A DNA stretch of 63,813 bases, counting the filler, from Welwitschia mirabilis (taxonomy: Eukaryota), in NCBI GenBank assembly GCA_051453625.1. It is 7 parts of one record of this genome, joined end to end, with 100 filler letters (N's around TTAATTAATTAA, not from the genome) between each part and the next. Parts side by side here need not be neighbours in the genome. Positions count along the whole stretch, not along the records: positions 44,869 to 52,715 come from JBOZIK010000001.1; positions 52,816 to 61,896 come from JBOZIK010000001.1; 5 more parts are not named here. One strand, given 5' to 3'. How positions within the stretch are numbered: position 1 is the first letter of the stretch; each line of letters starts with the position of its first letter. The notes below the pieces were generated by a model. It saw nothing but the letters and a program-made list of their open reading frames with translations. It was not told where the DNA came from and made no database searches. Below, in pieces: positions 48,079 through 61,996 of this stretch. The position numbers were made by a program, and so were the translations under genes.

Positions 48079-49650
48079 AACTACACAAGAACTCATCTTA
48101 ACCAGATCGTTTCCTTAGCTGCCTCTGTCAAAGCTACGTACTTAGCTTCAGTTATAGATCATACAACAATTTCCTGTAGCCTTGAAATCAAGCTAACTGC
48201 TCTAACACCAACTGTAAACACATAGGTAGTAGTAGATCTTCTACTATCATGGCATCTTGTATAATCTTCATCAACAATGCCGACAACTTCTAACAGAAGC
48301 CCTCCAAAGCATAAGCACTCATTATGTGTTCCTTTCAAATACCAAAGGATCCACTTTACTACTTAACAATGTTCACATCCTGGATTGCATAAAAGAGATC
48401 TAGCCTTGTAAAGATCATCAAATACATCAAGCTACCTATTATAGAAGTATAAGGAACATTTTCAATCTTTCTTTTAGTTGCCTCCTCTCTTGGACAGTCA
48501 TCCTTAAACAACATAAAATGTGTAGTTAATGGTGCAAAAAAAAAACTTATAGTCTATCATATCAAATGTTTCAAGAATGTTAGAGATATATTCAAATTGA
48601 CTTAACCAAAGCCTACCCTTTTGTTTGTTCCTATGATTATGCATTCCCAGTATCTTCTTGGCTGGTCCAAGAGGCTTGGTAGCAAAACGATTAGACATAT
48701 CCATCTTCAAATGTTCAATCTCCTTTCCATCATTGCTAGCAATGAACATATCATCAACATAGAGGAACAAAATAGGAAAAGAACCATATGCTAATCCTTT
48801 GAAATATACACAATGATCCAACTCATATCTAGTATAACCTACATCCTACATAAAGCCGTTATATTTTTATACCATTGCCTAGATGCTTGCTTTCAATCAT
48901 ATAAGCTTTTCTTCAACTCATTGACCAACTTAGGATTACTCTTATCAACAAATCCTTCATGCTGACACATGTAAATTTCTTCTTCCAAGTCACCACGCGG
49001 GAATAATTCCAAATGCAAATTTGCAACTAAAGACAAAAAATGCTAATAGAACTGTCGTTTGATTGAAATCAATACGTACTTTCTGTCCATAAGCTTTAAC
49101 AACAACTCTGGCTCCATAACACTTAAAACCATTAGTCTCCCACTTAATCACATATACCCATCTATTCTACAATGCTTTCTTCCCATGTGGAAGTTCTACC
49201 AACTCCCATGTATCATTCGGATGCAAAGCAATGATCTCTTCTTCCATGGCTTTCTACCATCTCCTAGCATTAGAACAATTTACAGCTTCCTAAAAACACT
49301 CAGGGTCACCACTGTTTGTAAACAAAGCATAGCGTAACAAAGGAGGATACCTTTGCATGGGTTTGTGAGGACATGTCGATCTTCTCATTGTTGTACAAGT
49401 GTCACTAACAATAGTTCATCAGCTCCAACTAGTTGACCAAGTTGACTCCTTGTCACTTCTAGACTGACTTCATTATTGCCATCGCCTCCATCAACATCAC
49501 CATCCACTTGAGGTTGGATCTCTTGCTTCTATGTAAGAGGAGTAACAGAACTTGAAACTTGCATCTCTACAAGAAGTTTCTCTTCCTTTTGCTCTTCTTG
49601 TTTCCTTTCTGCAAACATCGCATCCTCATTAAAAAGAACATCCCTGCTCC

Positions 49651-50750
49651 TTTTGGCTCATTTGTAAGAGGTGATAAAGTAGCAGGTCCAAAAAAATAAT
49701 AAAATACAACAGTAAATTAAAATAGTAGATCAGATTTAATTAGAAGAGAATAAATTTAATTAATATAGTCAAGCTAAACTAACAACAAGAATTATGAGAA
49801 GTTTTTAACCACTAAGGCAATGGTAAATTAGATGCCACTTAGGCAACCCACACAAGGACTTCCTCCTTCTCAAATAAGACCATTACCATTTAGAATTTAG
49901 ATCTGATCACTTCTTCTTATTCTCCTCCTCCTTCTCACTAGTACAACTCCTTTTTGCTTGATTGATGTCAAATGACTAAATTGGTTTCTTTTTTAAAGGG
50001 CTTGAATGGATGTCAAATTGGAAGGGACACGTCTCTTAAATTAAATTTGATGTTTTAATCACATTAAATAGTGATTAATTCTATAATTAATTTTTGCCCT
50101 TTATTTGTAGCAGTTTATTGATCTTAATTGTCCTTTTTCTGCCTTACAAAAGGTGAAAAGCATTAGCAAAAATTAGGCATAAAGTTTGGGGAGCAAGGTG
50201 AGTTAAATGAGGGTAAAAAATGCTTTGTTGTATAGGTGTTAATTAGTTAAGGTTAGCAACTATGATTAAGTAAATGGATAAGTGCTTAGCAAATCTGATT
50301 ACACAATCTTGATCACCATGCCTCCCTTTTTAACATATATTAATTTCAGCTTCACCAGATGAGTCATATGCAAGTTATTAAGCTCCAAAGGTGTGATTAG
50401 TTTAAGAAGTTAACTAATCTTATCTTGCACATGGGATCTTCTTTACATGGTTCAACTTCGTGGAAATTATCTCCACTCTAAGGTGCTCTTTTCGGCATTA
50501 ACTTTTGGTTGATTTACTTATTAATTGAGGGCATGATTAGGTGGAGTTTAACTAATCAGCTTCCTGAAATAAAGGTTCAATGAAAGATACAAGTACATGA
50601 GAAATCATCTTTTGATTAGCAAATTGAAAACATGCTAGTAGATACTCATTTGAGTAATTGAAGGGATGATTTTGAATGACAAAGATTCATGTGTATAAAT
50701 TACACTAAGTGGCATAAGAAAGATGTGATGTGCAATGACCAAGTGTCACA
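49651..50750 (-). mobile_element. ~1.1-kb non-coding insertion (truncated LTR-like) in copia integrase
   Basis: Separates YSLWDP (~50770) from SRDVLFNE (~49640); begins TGTGACAC on the minus strand. Confidence 0.55.
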
Positions 50751-53454
50751 TAAAGATACAACAATAGGATCCCAAAGACTGTAACATTTATCATCGTCAT
50801 CATATCCAGGAAAAGCACATCTTTGCAATCTAGCATGCAGTGTTGTTCTACTCTCCTCTAGTACTAAAACAAAAGCTTCACAACAAATGTCTTCAAGTGG
50901 CTATATGAAATGTTTCTACCACTCCAAAGTATCTCAGATATCATACCATTCAAGGGTGCACTAGGAGACCTATTGATCAAATATACAACTGTATTTGCAG
51001 CTTCAGCATAAAATGGCTTATAAGGACCAGACCATGATAGCATGCTTCTCACACACTCCACGCTGGACCTGTTCATCCTTCAATAACACCATTCTGCTGT
51101 GGTGTACTAGGAACACTCGACACTGTGCAAATTTCATTGTCCCTATGAAATTCATCAAACTCTCTAGAACAATACTCACCACCATTGTCAACCCACAAGC
51201 ACTTAATGAATCTTTCTGATTCCTCAACCCTGGCCTTAAACCTCTTAAATGCATCAAACACTTGATCCTTAGAACGCATTGTATAGAATCAACATTTTTT
51301 GGAGTAATTGTCTATACAAGTAACAAAATAAGAAGCTTCTGCAACAGATCTAACATCCATAAGACCAAAAACATCAGAATATAGCAATTCTAATATCTTA
51401 CTTCTCCTATGATGTTCATTCCTCTTAAAATTAACTCTACATTACTTTCCCATTACACAGTGATTGTAAAACTTAAGAAAAGAATTCTTAAAAATAGTAA
51501 TAAGCTCCAAGTTTGTAGTAGCTTCATGTTGCACTTGCTAAGATTTGCCCATTGGTCCAACAATGTCTTTTATAGCATTGCTCTTTTGTGTTGTGTCATA
51601 AAGGATATGCAAGCTTCCATACTTCTGACCTTTTAGAATTGTCATGCAGTCTCTCAAAATGTTCCATGACCCTTTCCCAAAGATCATTATGCAACCAACA
51701 TTAGCCAATTGCCCTACTAAAATAAAATTCTTAGCTAGGTCAGGAACATGCCTCGCATTTGTTAAGGTATGCCTCTTTCCATATGATTACTAAATAAAGA
51801 CATCACCAATGCTCAAAATTTTGCATGCATGCTCATCACCAAGATAAACAAATACATTCTCCGCACTTTTATATGTAGAGAAACTTAGTCTCTCTGCCTA
51901 GATGTGAAATGATGCACCTGAATACAAAATCCAGACACCTTTAGCAAAAGAACTTGTACAAGCTACACTCATGGTGGCCCGATCTTCACCATCTAATGTT
52001 TTGCTTGCTTTTTCAGTGTTACTATCTTTGCTCTTTCCCTTTTGTTTATTCTTCAAGCTCTAATAATCCTTTCACAAATGACCATGTTTCTTGCAATGCC
52101 AACAAGTAATGTTCCTTCCTTGTGACTTTGATCTACCTCTGCCTTAAGATCTTGCTCTATTACATCTAGAAAAGTGATCTTTGTGTTGTGTTCCTCCTCT
52201 TTGTCCTATGGTCAATGACTGGTCTAACTCTACAAACATCTAAGAAGAGGCCTCTCTAGTTTCCTCGTTCAACAATGAAGCAACAACATCCTGCAACTTA
52301 CCCATTTTATATGTTACAACAGTAACCAAAGTATCCCAACTTGAAGGTAAATAACTTAATGGCAACACAAAGCCTCTTCCTCTAACTTGAGTTTTAACTA
52401 TCTAAACTACATTGCAATAGAATTAAACTCACTTACATGTTTTCACACAGTTGTACCCTCCTCCATCTTCAAAAGGAATAACCTCTTCATTGCATGCATC
52501 AAATTTGCTCCAATGGGTTACTCATATGTGTTACAAATCCTAACAACAAGAAAGTACTTCAACAAAATGGAAAAACAAGCACACAAAAGTAACAACACAG
52601 ATTTACGTGGTCTGGGCTCTTTTTACCCTACGTCCCCAAGAAGCAATGCAGAGCTCTATTGATTGATTAGGAGCAAAAATGTGTCCAGATACAACAAACA
52701 ACCCTTTAACAGGTTNNNNNNNNNNNNNNNNNNNNNNNNNNNNNNNNNNNNNNNNNNNNTTAATTAATTAANNNNNNNNNNNNNNNNNNNNNNNNNNNNN
52801 NNNNNNNNNNNNNNNCAATGCCAGGGACCACACAAATGTGCCACATCCATTAGATCACTTTACGACAATCCAACAATTCAGAGTAAATCAAGAAGGGAAA
52901 AAAACTAATACATAAATATAACATGTGTCAGAAAGAGTCTTATGTGGCACAATGATTTGACTTCACATATTAACAATCTCATATCTACAAGCACATCGCA
53001 TTAGTTAGGATTATCTAATATATTAATGGATATGATCTTGAACAACCGTTTTAGAACTGCCATCAGTGAGAGAATGATGCAATATTCCCTTCTCAATGTC
53101 ATAATTAAGCATAGTCAGCCAGCAATATTGATTCTCTGGAACACATTTTACTACACATCTGTCTGAAGTTATGAAGTTATAGGGCAAGCCATATATGACT
53201 TCTTACATGTAAACTCATGAAGGCAAATGGTCAACCAAATTTTTAAATGTCTGTTTCTTACTCAGATTGGTCTCTTTTAATTTTAAAGGATCAACTTATC
53301 AATGTACACTTTATGCACCTTGGTTAAACGTTTTATTGGTTCTATTAGAGGGCTTAAGAATTTGTTTTTCTTCACAATAAATGTAATTGAAATATTCACA
53401 TGAAAGAGCGATATAAATCGTGTGCTGCTAGAGTGTATTCATATACATACATAC

Positions 53455-53657
53455 CTGCTCAAAGCAGCTTTGTGTAACAATGACGAAACCTCGCTCCAGT
53501 TAGTGACATCAACAATAGTCAGGTCTGACACATAAATATTACCATTTTGGTCATGTTTAATTGCATATTGCTTTCCTGGGGTATTATTTTCGGTGCTGGG
53601 TTTATTAGCAACCAGAAGATCTCTGATAGTTTCATTATAAATTTCAAGCATTGAAGC
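53455..53657 (-). CDS. KIN14: Kinesin-14 motor exon
   Basis: TTCCAG|GCT TCA ATG CTT GAA...; ASMLEIYNETIRDLLVANKPSTENNTPGKQYAIKHDQNGNIYVSDLTIVDVTNWSEVSSLLHKAALS(R); donor AGC AG|GTAT, phase 2. Confidence 0.95.
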
Positions 53658-53777
53658 CTGGAATCAAGAGGGGAAAAAAATTAACATGATAATAAGTCTA
53701 AAACAATCAGTTCAAACATATCTCTACTCTGTATGCTGTTGTTTACACAGAAAAGCCTTTCATATTGAATTGTCCAC

Positions 53778-53939
53778 CTGCATTCTAAATGCCCATCCTT
53801 GTGAAGATAAGGCTTCACTTGTTTTGAAGATCTGTTCTAAGGATCGTGGTATAAGTCCCTTATGTTCAGGTAAATCTGGTTTTCCCATCATTGTGTATGT
53901 TTTCCCTGATCCAGTTTGCCCATAGGCAAATATGCAAAC
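53778..53939 (-). CDS. KIN14: Kinesin-14 (ATK1/KIN14C-like) motor exon with P-loop
   Basis: TTTTGTAG|GTT...ATG CAG|GTGGAC; 54 codons [54 protein letters not shown], containing the kinesin P-loop GQTGSGKT. Confidence 0.95.
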
Positions 53940-55399
53940 CTACAAAAGAGAAACAGGTCAGTAACTATACCGATGTGATTAAGAAACGAAGCAAGTTAAC
54001 AACTGCATGTGTGCAATCCAGAAAAGAAACAATGGATGCGAAAAGTTTAAGCATTTGCATGTAGAGAACATGGAATTTGGTAATTTCAGGGAACTTAATT
54101 ACGTTTGTTTTGCACAGAGAGAGACAAATCAATATGGTTGGAGAAAAACAGTTATTTAATAAATTGACATTAAACAAAACCAAAGACTCTAGATGGAAAA
54201 GAACAACATTAAAGGAAGCAGCATGCTGAATTGTTATAACAAACCTGGTACAATCAATGTAGCATGACTAAAAATTTCTGATTCACTACTTACATAACTA
54301 TCATAGACTTTGGACCAAAAGTTGATGACTCAGTACCCGTTAACTTGCGATTCAGCAAAAGCGTGACATAAATGATATTTCCCATTGAGTGCCTTGTGTT
54401 TTGCCCAGTAAGTCCTAAAAATTTGATGTTAATAACTCATGATCCATGAGCTACTCTCCAAGTTGTGTACAGTTTTGTTTCATTCACAAAAATTCTTTAG
54501 TTAATCTTTGCAAAATATTTTGAGTCCATTTTAAGGATCGAGGGGAGAATTGTGCTGCAGACATCTGGTTGCACATCATTCCTTTGTGAGTGGTGACGTA
54601 ACACAGGATACAGGGACGGAACACAGGATACAGGAGGACAGCCATTAATAACTGCTATGGATAAGCAGCCACTCAAGAACATTTTAATACGTAGACCCAT
54701 GTGACGAATAATGAAAGAATACAAACAGGAGGAACGGTTTGGCCCTGATTTTCAGTAAATTAGACAGATTTATATGTAATGAAGCTTGGAAGATGGAGTT
54801 CATTAACCAAGGCAGAAGATTAGCAAGAATTGGATTGGATCAATTGATCAATTCTCCTAAACGCTAACCCTCTTCCAGAAACACCACACAGACGTGTTGG
54901 TGGCCTAATGGTTGGCTACAAATAAAAGAAGCTGAGGAGAAGATGAAAGAATGGTGGCCAATAAACACTATTGGATCTGGAGAAATGCAATTCCAAGGTA
55001 AACTCAAACTAAGGCCAAATTAAATTTTGGTACCTGAATTTCTTCACAACTTCGAAGAATGTAACATAGATATTCCTGAAGTGGTGCAAGCAATTCAAGA
55101 AAGAAACCCATACAGAAGGTTGGTTACAGAATCTCAAAAAGGAAAAATGGGAATTACTCCACAAATATCAAAAATTTCAAAAATGGGTTTAGCAATACCA
55201 GCTTCAAAGAGTGAAATGCCACTAGATTTTGAGAGGTGACAGGAATACACTTCCCCCCACCTTTGGGCTTCTAACAGGACAGCAGCAAACGAAATTTATA
55301 GTATTAAGAATTCAAATGGGAATTGTTCCATGAATGAAAAGATATTGGACAACTGGCAATTAAGTGTTTCATAGATCTATTAACTCAAGAAAGAGTAGA

Positions 55400-57290
55400 A
55401 GACATAGAAGCAACCAGGGAAAGCAGGAAAAAAGATAATTGACACATTTGAAACATGTCTAACAGATGCAGATTGGCTATTTTTATCACAACCATTATAA
55501 AAGAAGAAATCAAACAAGCAGTTTTTGGTATGAAATGAAGCAAATCCCCAGATTAGATGGCTTCCCAGTTGACTTTTACTTAACAAAAAAAGGACCGGGG
55601 GATTAGCAAAAAGATTTTGCACAAGAAATTCAGGAAATTTGGGAGAAACAATAAGGGACGGTCATGCATTCTTTGACCTATCCATGCATCATCCTTACTC
55701 CAAAGAAAACAGGGTAGATATGATGAATGAATTTCTTCCAATAAGCCTCTGCAATGTTAGCTCAAAAATCTTCTCTAAAATATTATAGGATCAAGACTGT
55801 CCTTCCCAACGTATCTCAACCTCCCATGGAAGATTTGTAAAAGGTAAAACTATAATAGATCCAATCATCCTTGCACATCGAATTTTCCAGTCAGCAAATG
55901 CTTTTAAGAAGGCAGCTTTCGCCTTCAAACTTGACCTGAGTAAGGCATATCACAGGGTCTATTAGAAATGCTTAGAAGAAGTAACAGAACAGATAAGTTT
56001 CCTGAGAATGGTGAAAGGTGCTAACGGAGTGTTTTTACATAGCTAAAGTCTCGCTTCGTGTTAACAATCAACCAAACAATTTTTCCTCGTGCTCTAACTG
56101 TTTAAGAAAGGGGGACCTCCTCTCACCATTTCTTCTTATCATGGCAGTGGAAGGATTACATTCCGAAGTTCAAGACCTTAGAAGAAGGGAACTTGTGAAA
56201 GGCATCAAACCAGCTGCGCATTCTGAAAGATTCTATCATTTAGAGTGTACAGATGATACCCTTTTGTTTTCTGAAGACGTTCAGGGGGTCTAATGGGATA
56301 TTAGAAGTGGGTGAATTTACAACGGCTCCAGGTTTAGCCATTACCTTCCAAAAAAGTACACTTCTCCCATTCCATGTTTCAGGAGACAGACAATTGGAAC
56401 TTTATTACTTTTTCAACATGAGATCGCAAAACTGTCTATTACATAGCTCAGTTTTCCTCTTTTCAAGTCAGAAAATAAAACAGAGCCATGGCTTTTGGTT
56501 CTACAAAGATTCCAAAAACATCTCCGATGGTGGGCAAGTAAAGTCTCATCCTTGGCCAGTAGACTCAACTTATACGAAGCTGCCTACAGTCAGTTCCTTT
56601 ATATATGTTTTCAGACATAAAAGCCCTCAACAAAATTGTAAATATACCAAAAAAATCTAGAAAGAGACATTTCACAGCAGATTTCTAACCAAACCAAAAA
56701 AGATTCACCTTTTAAACTGTGGTAACTTCTGTTCTCCACAGCCAACAGGAGGTTTGGAATTCAAATTTTTAGAGGCCTTCAACAAAGCCCTTCTAGGAAC
56801 AGTGCTAGAGACACTACTTACAGAAGGTGTGCCATGGAGACAAGTTAAAATAATTAAATTAGATTGAAAAAAAAAATCAGTTGCCCCAAAATAAGGGGCA
56901 CTACTGCACCATGGAGACCGCTAGATGAGATTAAGACATTGCTACAAAGTCATTGGATATGGGACCCACAAAGCAACAAATGGATCTGGCAGAACGACCA
57001 TACATATACAGTAAAGGAAGGATATCTCTCATTAAACCCTGGCCACTGAAAAATGTATTGAAAAAATGGCATGCAATTAATATGTAGCTCCATCTGAGGG
57101 CTTTTTTTTTTTTTTTTTAAAATACAAAATTGGCATATCAATACTATCTTTCAATGCATGATAATTTAAAACAAACAAGGATCTCCTTCGTCAGTCAACC
57201 TGTCTTATGTTATAATGATCTGGAATCATAAGATCATGTCTTCATAACACACTTCTTTGCAGTGAATTCTGGGGCCACATGGAGAAGTTT
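55400..57290 (+). mobile_element. Degenerate L1 LINE ORF2 (RT to zf-RVT) in the kinesin upstream intron
   Basis: PISLCNVSSKIFSK, FKLDLSKAY, LRKGDLLSPFLLIMAVEGL, HLECTDDTLLF, GGL, FNKALL. Confidence 0.85.
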
Positions 57291-57299
57291 GCACACAGA

Positions 57300-60200
57300 A
57301 TGAGAATAAATGAGAATACCCTGTGTGATTGAATTAATAATTGAAGACACCCAGTGCAGGCACATTCTTCGCCATGTCTTGCAAAGTCATTTTGAATTTT
57401 ATGGCTTACATGCCTTTGGCAGATCTGAAAGGAGAGAAATAGTAGAGTTTTTGAAGTTGCAACTAATACACCACAGAAAGTTTGGTTTGTTGCATGGAAG
57501 TTGTGGGAGGAGGTGGTTCTATACTGCCTGCAGATTCCTCTAGCAGAGGGGAATAGTTGAGAACATGAGAGACCCTAGAACGGAGCAACAGGAATTCAGA
57601 AAATTCAATGACCCAAAAACTTGGAGCAAATTGGAGAAGCAAGGTCTCGGTCTGTTGTTAGACCGAATTAATGATTATTCCCTATCATTCAGGGAACCTA
57701 TCATTTAAATGCGGTACTCATGTGCAAAAGAAGGAAGATGCATCGTGGGTGGAGTAGAAATTTTTGTTTCAAAACATCTAACTCAACCAAACGAGTGCAT
57801 AGCAATAAAGTCCTCCAAGCACTTCACCAAAACAAAAATCTTGAAACTTTTTGGCCAAGACGACAATATGGACTTCTAGAAGAGCATGTCAGCAAAATAC
57901 CAGTGAACGCTAGGGAACATTAAAAAAGAATGGAGAGAGGTTGCTGAATGCCTAAATTAATTTGCATTGCTCCGAGAGTGCAAGACTGTCGTGACAGGCA
58001 ACACTGTATCTTTACTTGCTCATTTCAGGAAAGAAATTCTGTTTAATTTTGCTTCACATATTTCTGAGGACTTGCATATTTTGATGGTAATAATAAGGGA
58101 TGCTCAGCTAAGTTTCTTTCTGCATGTGGGTGTGGTTTTTGCCTTGTATAAGTCCAAAATTGCCTCAAAAGGTCTCCCAATTTGAAAATGATACTAGCTC
58201 TCACAAGAGGAGGAACACAGAGAAGCAACAGAATTCAAATGTTAATGCAGGACTTGCAAGAATACACTAACCAGCATGAATTCGAGAGGTAGAAGTTCCC
58301 CATTCCAAAAACATCTTAGGCAGGCCGAATCAATGGACAATGCAGTAGCAAAGATGATGGCAAGATCTGTGAGCAGGAACCTCCAGTGACATTACCTACA
58401 ACTACTGAATATGAGCCAACAACTGAATAAATCGAAGCAGCAGTTTTTACTCGCCTGAATGACAAGAGTGCAAGTTTTGATGGCTATCGCATTAATTTCG
58501 TTAAGAGCAATTGTAAATTCGTTAAATCAGATATGACCCAGACGGTGAATGAATATTGGTTTCTAGCACTATTCTTAAGGAATTTAATTTCAGATGGATT
58601 ACTTTAATCCCAAAGAAACCAAATAATCAAGGATGTCATTCCTATTTAATTAACGAACAAGAAGCAGGTTTTGTCAAAGGCAAGCACCTCTTGGATCAAA
58701 TCATCTTAGCAGAAGAAATTATACACCCAGCAGAACATCAACAGCAACCCCAATTAGCTCTCAAATTAGATATCCACAAAGCATTTGATAAAGTCATATC
58801 GAAGTAAATTAACAACATACTAAAATCATACTTTCCCATACAATTGGATCAAGAAGTTGAGATCTCCTTTAAACATGCTTGATTCTCAATGGCTTTGGGA
58901 CTCAGCTTCTTGATAGAGCAAGTGGAGTTATACAAGTTAATCCATATCACCATATCTAATTGTCCTGGCTATGAAGGGATTAGGGAACTTGACCAAACAT
59001 CACAAATAACAACAAGTAATACAAGGAATTACGTCGGTCTATGAATCTAAAAGCTTCATTCACATGTAATTTGTCGATGACACATTCACCAAGGGACCAA
59101 AAAGAATTTACAAGCAATTAAAAGCACTTTACACACATTTGCCCACGTCTCGGGATTGCAGATCAACTCCACCACAGGTAGGTTGTATGAATTTTAGATT
59201 TCTAAAAGCACTTTAAGCCAGCATGCCACTAACTCAGGTTATCAAATGGACACCTTCCAACCTCCTATCCCAGAATGCCAATCTTTCATGGTAGAACAAC
59301 TAAGAATATATGTGATGAAGTCCTTATGAAGACAGACAATAGGCTACAAGAATGACAAGAAAGACTTTTGAGTCAAGGAGGGAGGGTCCAACCCATCTGC
59401 AGCAGTCTACAATTTCTTCCTTTATAGTTGATGCAATGCTATCTCAACCACAAATAAGTCACTAATTCAATTAAGAAAATGGAGATAGATTTTCTGTAGG
59501 AAGCAACAAGTGATAAAAGTTCACACACAGTTAAGAGGAATATTATTTGCAAATCCTGGAACAAGGCAGTTGGGGTTTGAAGCATTTGCTAGGACTTGCT
59601 TATGCATTGGTTGGCAAACTTGCATAGCAACCTCTCACAACAAACAAGACATGGTGGATGTGATAGACAAACATATTGGCACAGACGAATTAATTTATTT
59701 ACAGTATTGAAGGTTCTTATTTCATCACCTATATGGAGAGGTTTGGAAAAAATCAGATCATGGTTTTCAAGGCATGTTGAATTTGAAAATTAGTAATGCA
59801 AATAGAATATAATAAAGATTACAAAGCCTGTTAACACTTATGACACTCTATTTCCAAAGTCTAAAGACAGGATTAATTCACATTGGAGGAAACAGATTCT
59901 AACACCTAGGCTATGGCTTTTCATTACAAAGCTTCTAAAAGGGCAATTCAACACCAAAAAAGGGCTTGCCGAATTCAGCCTCTCAAATGACACCACTTGT
60001 CCTTGATCTCACGGTGGAATAGAAGACATTGTTCACATCGTCCTTGATTGCCCAATGACTGATTTCATTTGGCATTCATTTTTGCGCATCACAAAATGGT
60101 ATTGCCCCCTCTCAAAATCTTTCATGATTTTGTGTGCTTGTGGGAAGCCACAGGCAAGTCACATCACAAAGCACATTCACAAGCCTTCACATGGGTTTCA

Positions 60201-60350
60201 TTTCAAAATTAGCAAGAAAGGAATTTGTATGTGTTTTAGCATAAGTCTTCCTCCCCATTGATCCTCTAGTTCAAAGCTATTGAGGCTTGGAAAGACCTTC
60301 ATTGCCTAAATGCACCATGAACATGCTTAACCTTGACTTTGCTAGGAAAG
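57300..60350 (+). mobile_element. Second degenerate L1 LINE ORF2 (endonuclease, RT, zf-RVT)
   Basis: WITLIPKK, QEAGFVKGKHLLDQIILAEEIIH, LKLDIHKAFDKV, FVDDT, SGLQIN, EDIVHIVLDCP. Confidence 0.8.
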
Positions 60351-61796
60351 AGCATATGCAAATTGATCTAGAAGGCCAGGAAGATTATGAAGATGACAAA
60401 TTGATCCTTTTTTTAATTATCTTTTCTTGATAACATACCAGCCCATGTTTTCTCTTCTACTTTGTGATGCTTTGGAAAATGTAATTGTTATCCATGGTAT
60501 CAGTTACAATGGAAAACCAACCAAATTTGGTGTCCACATTGTATACTCATTGCTACTAGACAATCAAGCTTGATGTGCCTTGGCCACTATAGATATGGGT
60601 TCATTCTAATCGGTAAATTAACCTCTCAAAGTATAGTGATGAACTAGGTTACCAAAATGTATTTTTTTTTGGAAAAAAATATAAACCCTACTTTTCTATT
60701 AAAGGATTGCAAAATCAAAATCCTGCATAAGATCCAACTAGATTATCCAATGGAGCTCATAACATTGAAATTATCAGAGCCTTGAGCAAAAAAATGAAGA
60801 TAAACTATTAAAGTAAAACAAAGGTAACTAGAAAATCAAAAACTATATAATTCTGCCTATTGCCTTCCCATCAAACATGCTTTAAACTGAAGACTTCTCT
60901 AGCTCTTCTGATCTAAGTAATGACAAAAGAAGCTTCTGCTATCTTAGCATCCTTTGAAGGCTGATTGTCAGATGTGGCATCCTTTGAAGGCTAATCACCA
61001 GCAGTAGCAAACTTCAGGGATAACAATGTTATACTCCATCATAGCGACATAAACACCACCCACCAAGAAGCTGACAACTAGGTGCCATGTTTTTACAATT
61101 GCATGTGTGAAGCTTGTCTGGTAATCATTGACGGTATAAACAAATTCATTAATTAATTAATTAATTGAAAGCTACCATGTCCAACTTGACCTTATCGTTA
61201 GATAATGTTCCATTGTTGTCTCGACTCAATATCTTGCAAAATGCAAGCTAGAAACTGTAACTTCGGATGAAATTAAATTACCTTTTATGCTAAAACAATT
61301 AACAAGATATTACTTTATAACATCCAAAATCCATAGCACATAGTCAAATCAACCAATATTACATTGCAATACAAGTGTAAGAATTGTGCCCATGCGTGAG
61401 AGACAAAGAAAGAGAGAGAGAGAGAGATGTGGGGAAAGAGCTCTTAATGCTTAAAAATTTACAAAAGTTACAAAAAGAAACTAACTACAAATCCCTACAA
61501 TGGAAAGCTGCCCTTTGGGGTGCATTAACACATAATGTTAATGTGCATTATAGTTGCCTTCCCAAAAACAAGCCAATATGGATCACTGGCCTAGACCTTC
61601 TTACAACTATATTAGCATGGTGATGATGTTCTCAATCAATGTCTACTTGTTGAGGAAACTCAACATATAGATTGTTATTAAATGTCAAATGGTTCATACA
61701 ACCAAAATCAGTATGCCATAAGAAAGGAGTTATCTTTATTATTGTCATCTTTTAAAATAAATATAGTATCATTTACACACAAGTTGTCTTCAATAT

Positions 61797-61896
61797 CATT
61801 GTTGCAAGACTCGGACTCGCCACTCGACTCGGCTAAAGGAAAAAACTCGTGACTCGGCTCGACTCGGGAGCCGACTCGGCACAGACTCAAGAGTCA
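61797..61896 (+). mobile_element. hAT-like transposon end
   Basis: CATTGTTGCAAG followed by tandem GACTCG(G) motifs; truncated by a linker gap. Confidence 0.55.
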
Positions 61897-61996
61897 NNNN
61901 NNNNNNNNNNNNNNNNNNNNNNNNNNNNNNNNNNNNNNNNTTAATTAATTAANNNNNNNNNNNNNNNNNNNNNNNNNNNNNNNNNNNNNNNNNNNN

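Larger units (their letters stand above)
43728..52975 (-). mobile_element. Near-complete degenerate Tork-like Ty1/copia with nested insertions
   Basis: Homologous LTR segments at ~43730-43883 and ~52822-52975; PPT CAAGTGGGAGAT at 43884-43895; gag knuckle CWHCKKHGH (~52090); protease WILYSGASFH (~51920); integrase DNGGEY and PQQNGV; RT LFLYVDDM; RNase H TEAKYVALTEAAKE and TKHIEVRYHFI. Confidence 0.85.
32459..53454 (-). other. Kinesin-14 intron, ~21.0 kb as assembled, TE-filled
   Basis: In-phase GT-AG junction ALSR-AVGRT. Spans three linkers and a ~820-N gap. Confidence 0.85.

Noticed and set aside
61148..61166. ATTAATTAATTAATTAATT matching the linker core
   Set aside because: Not flanked by Ns; an ordinary (TAAT)n microsatellite.
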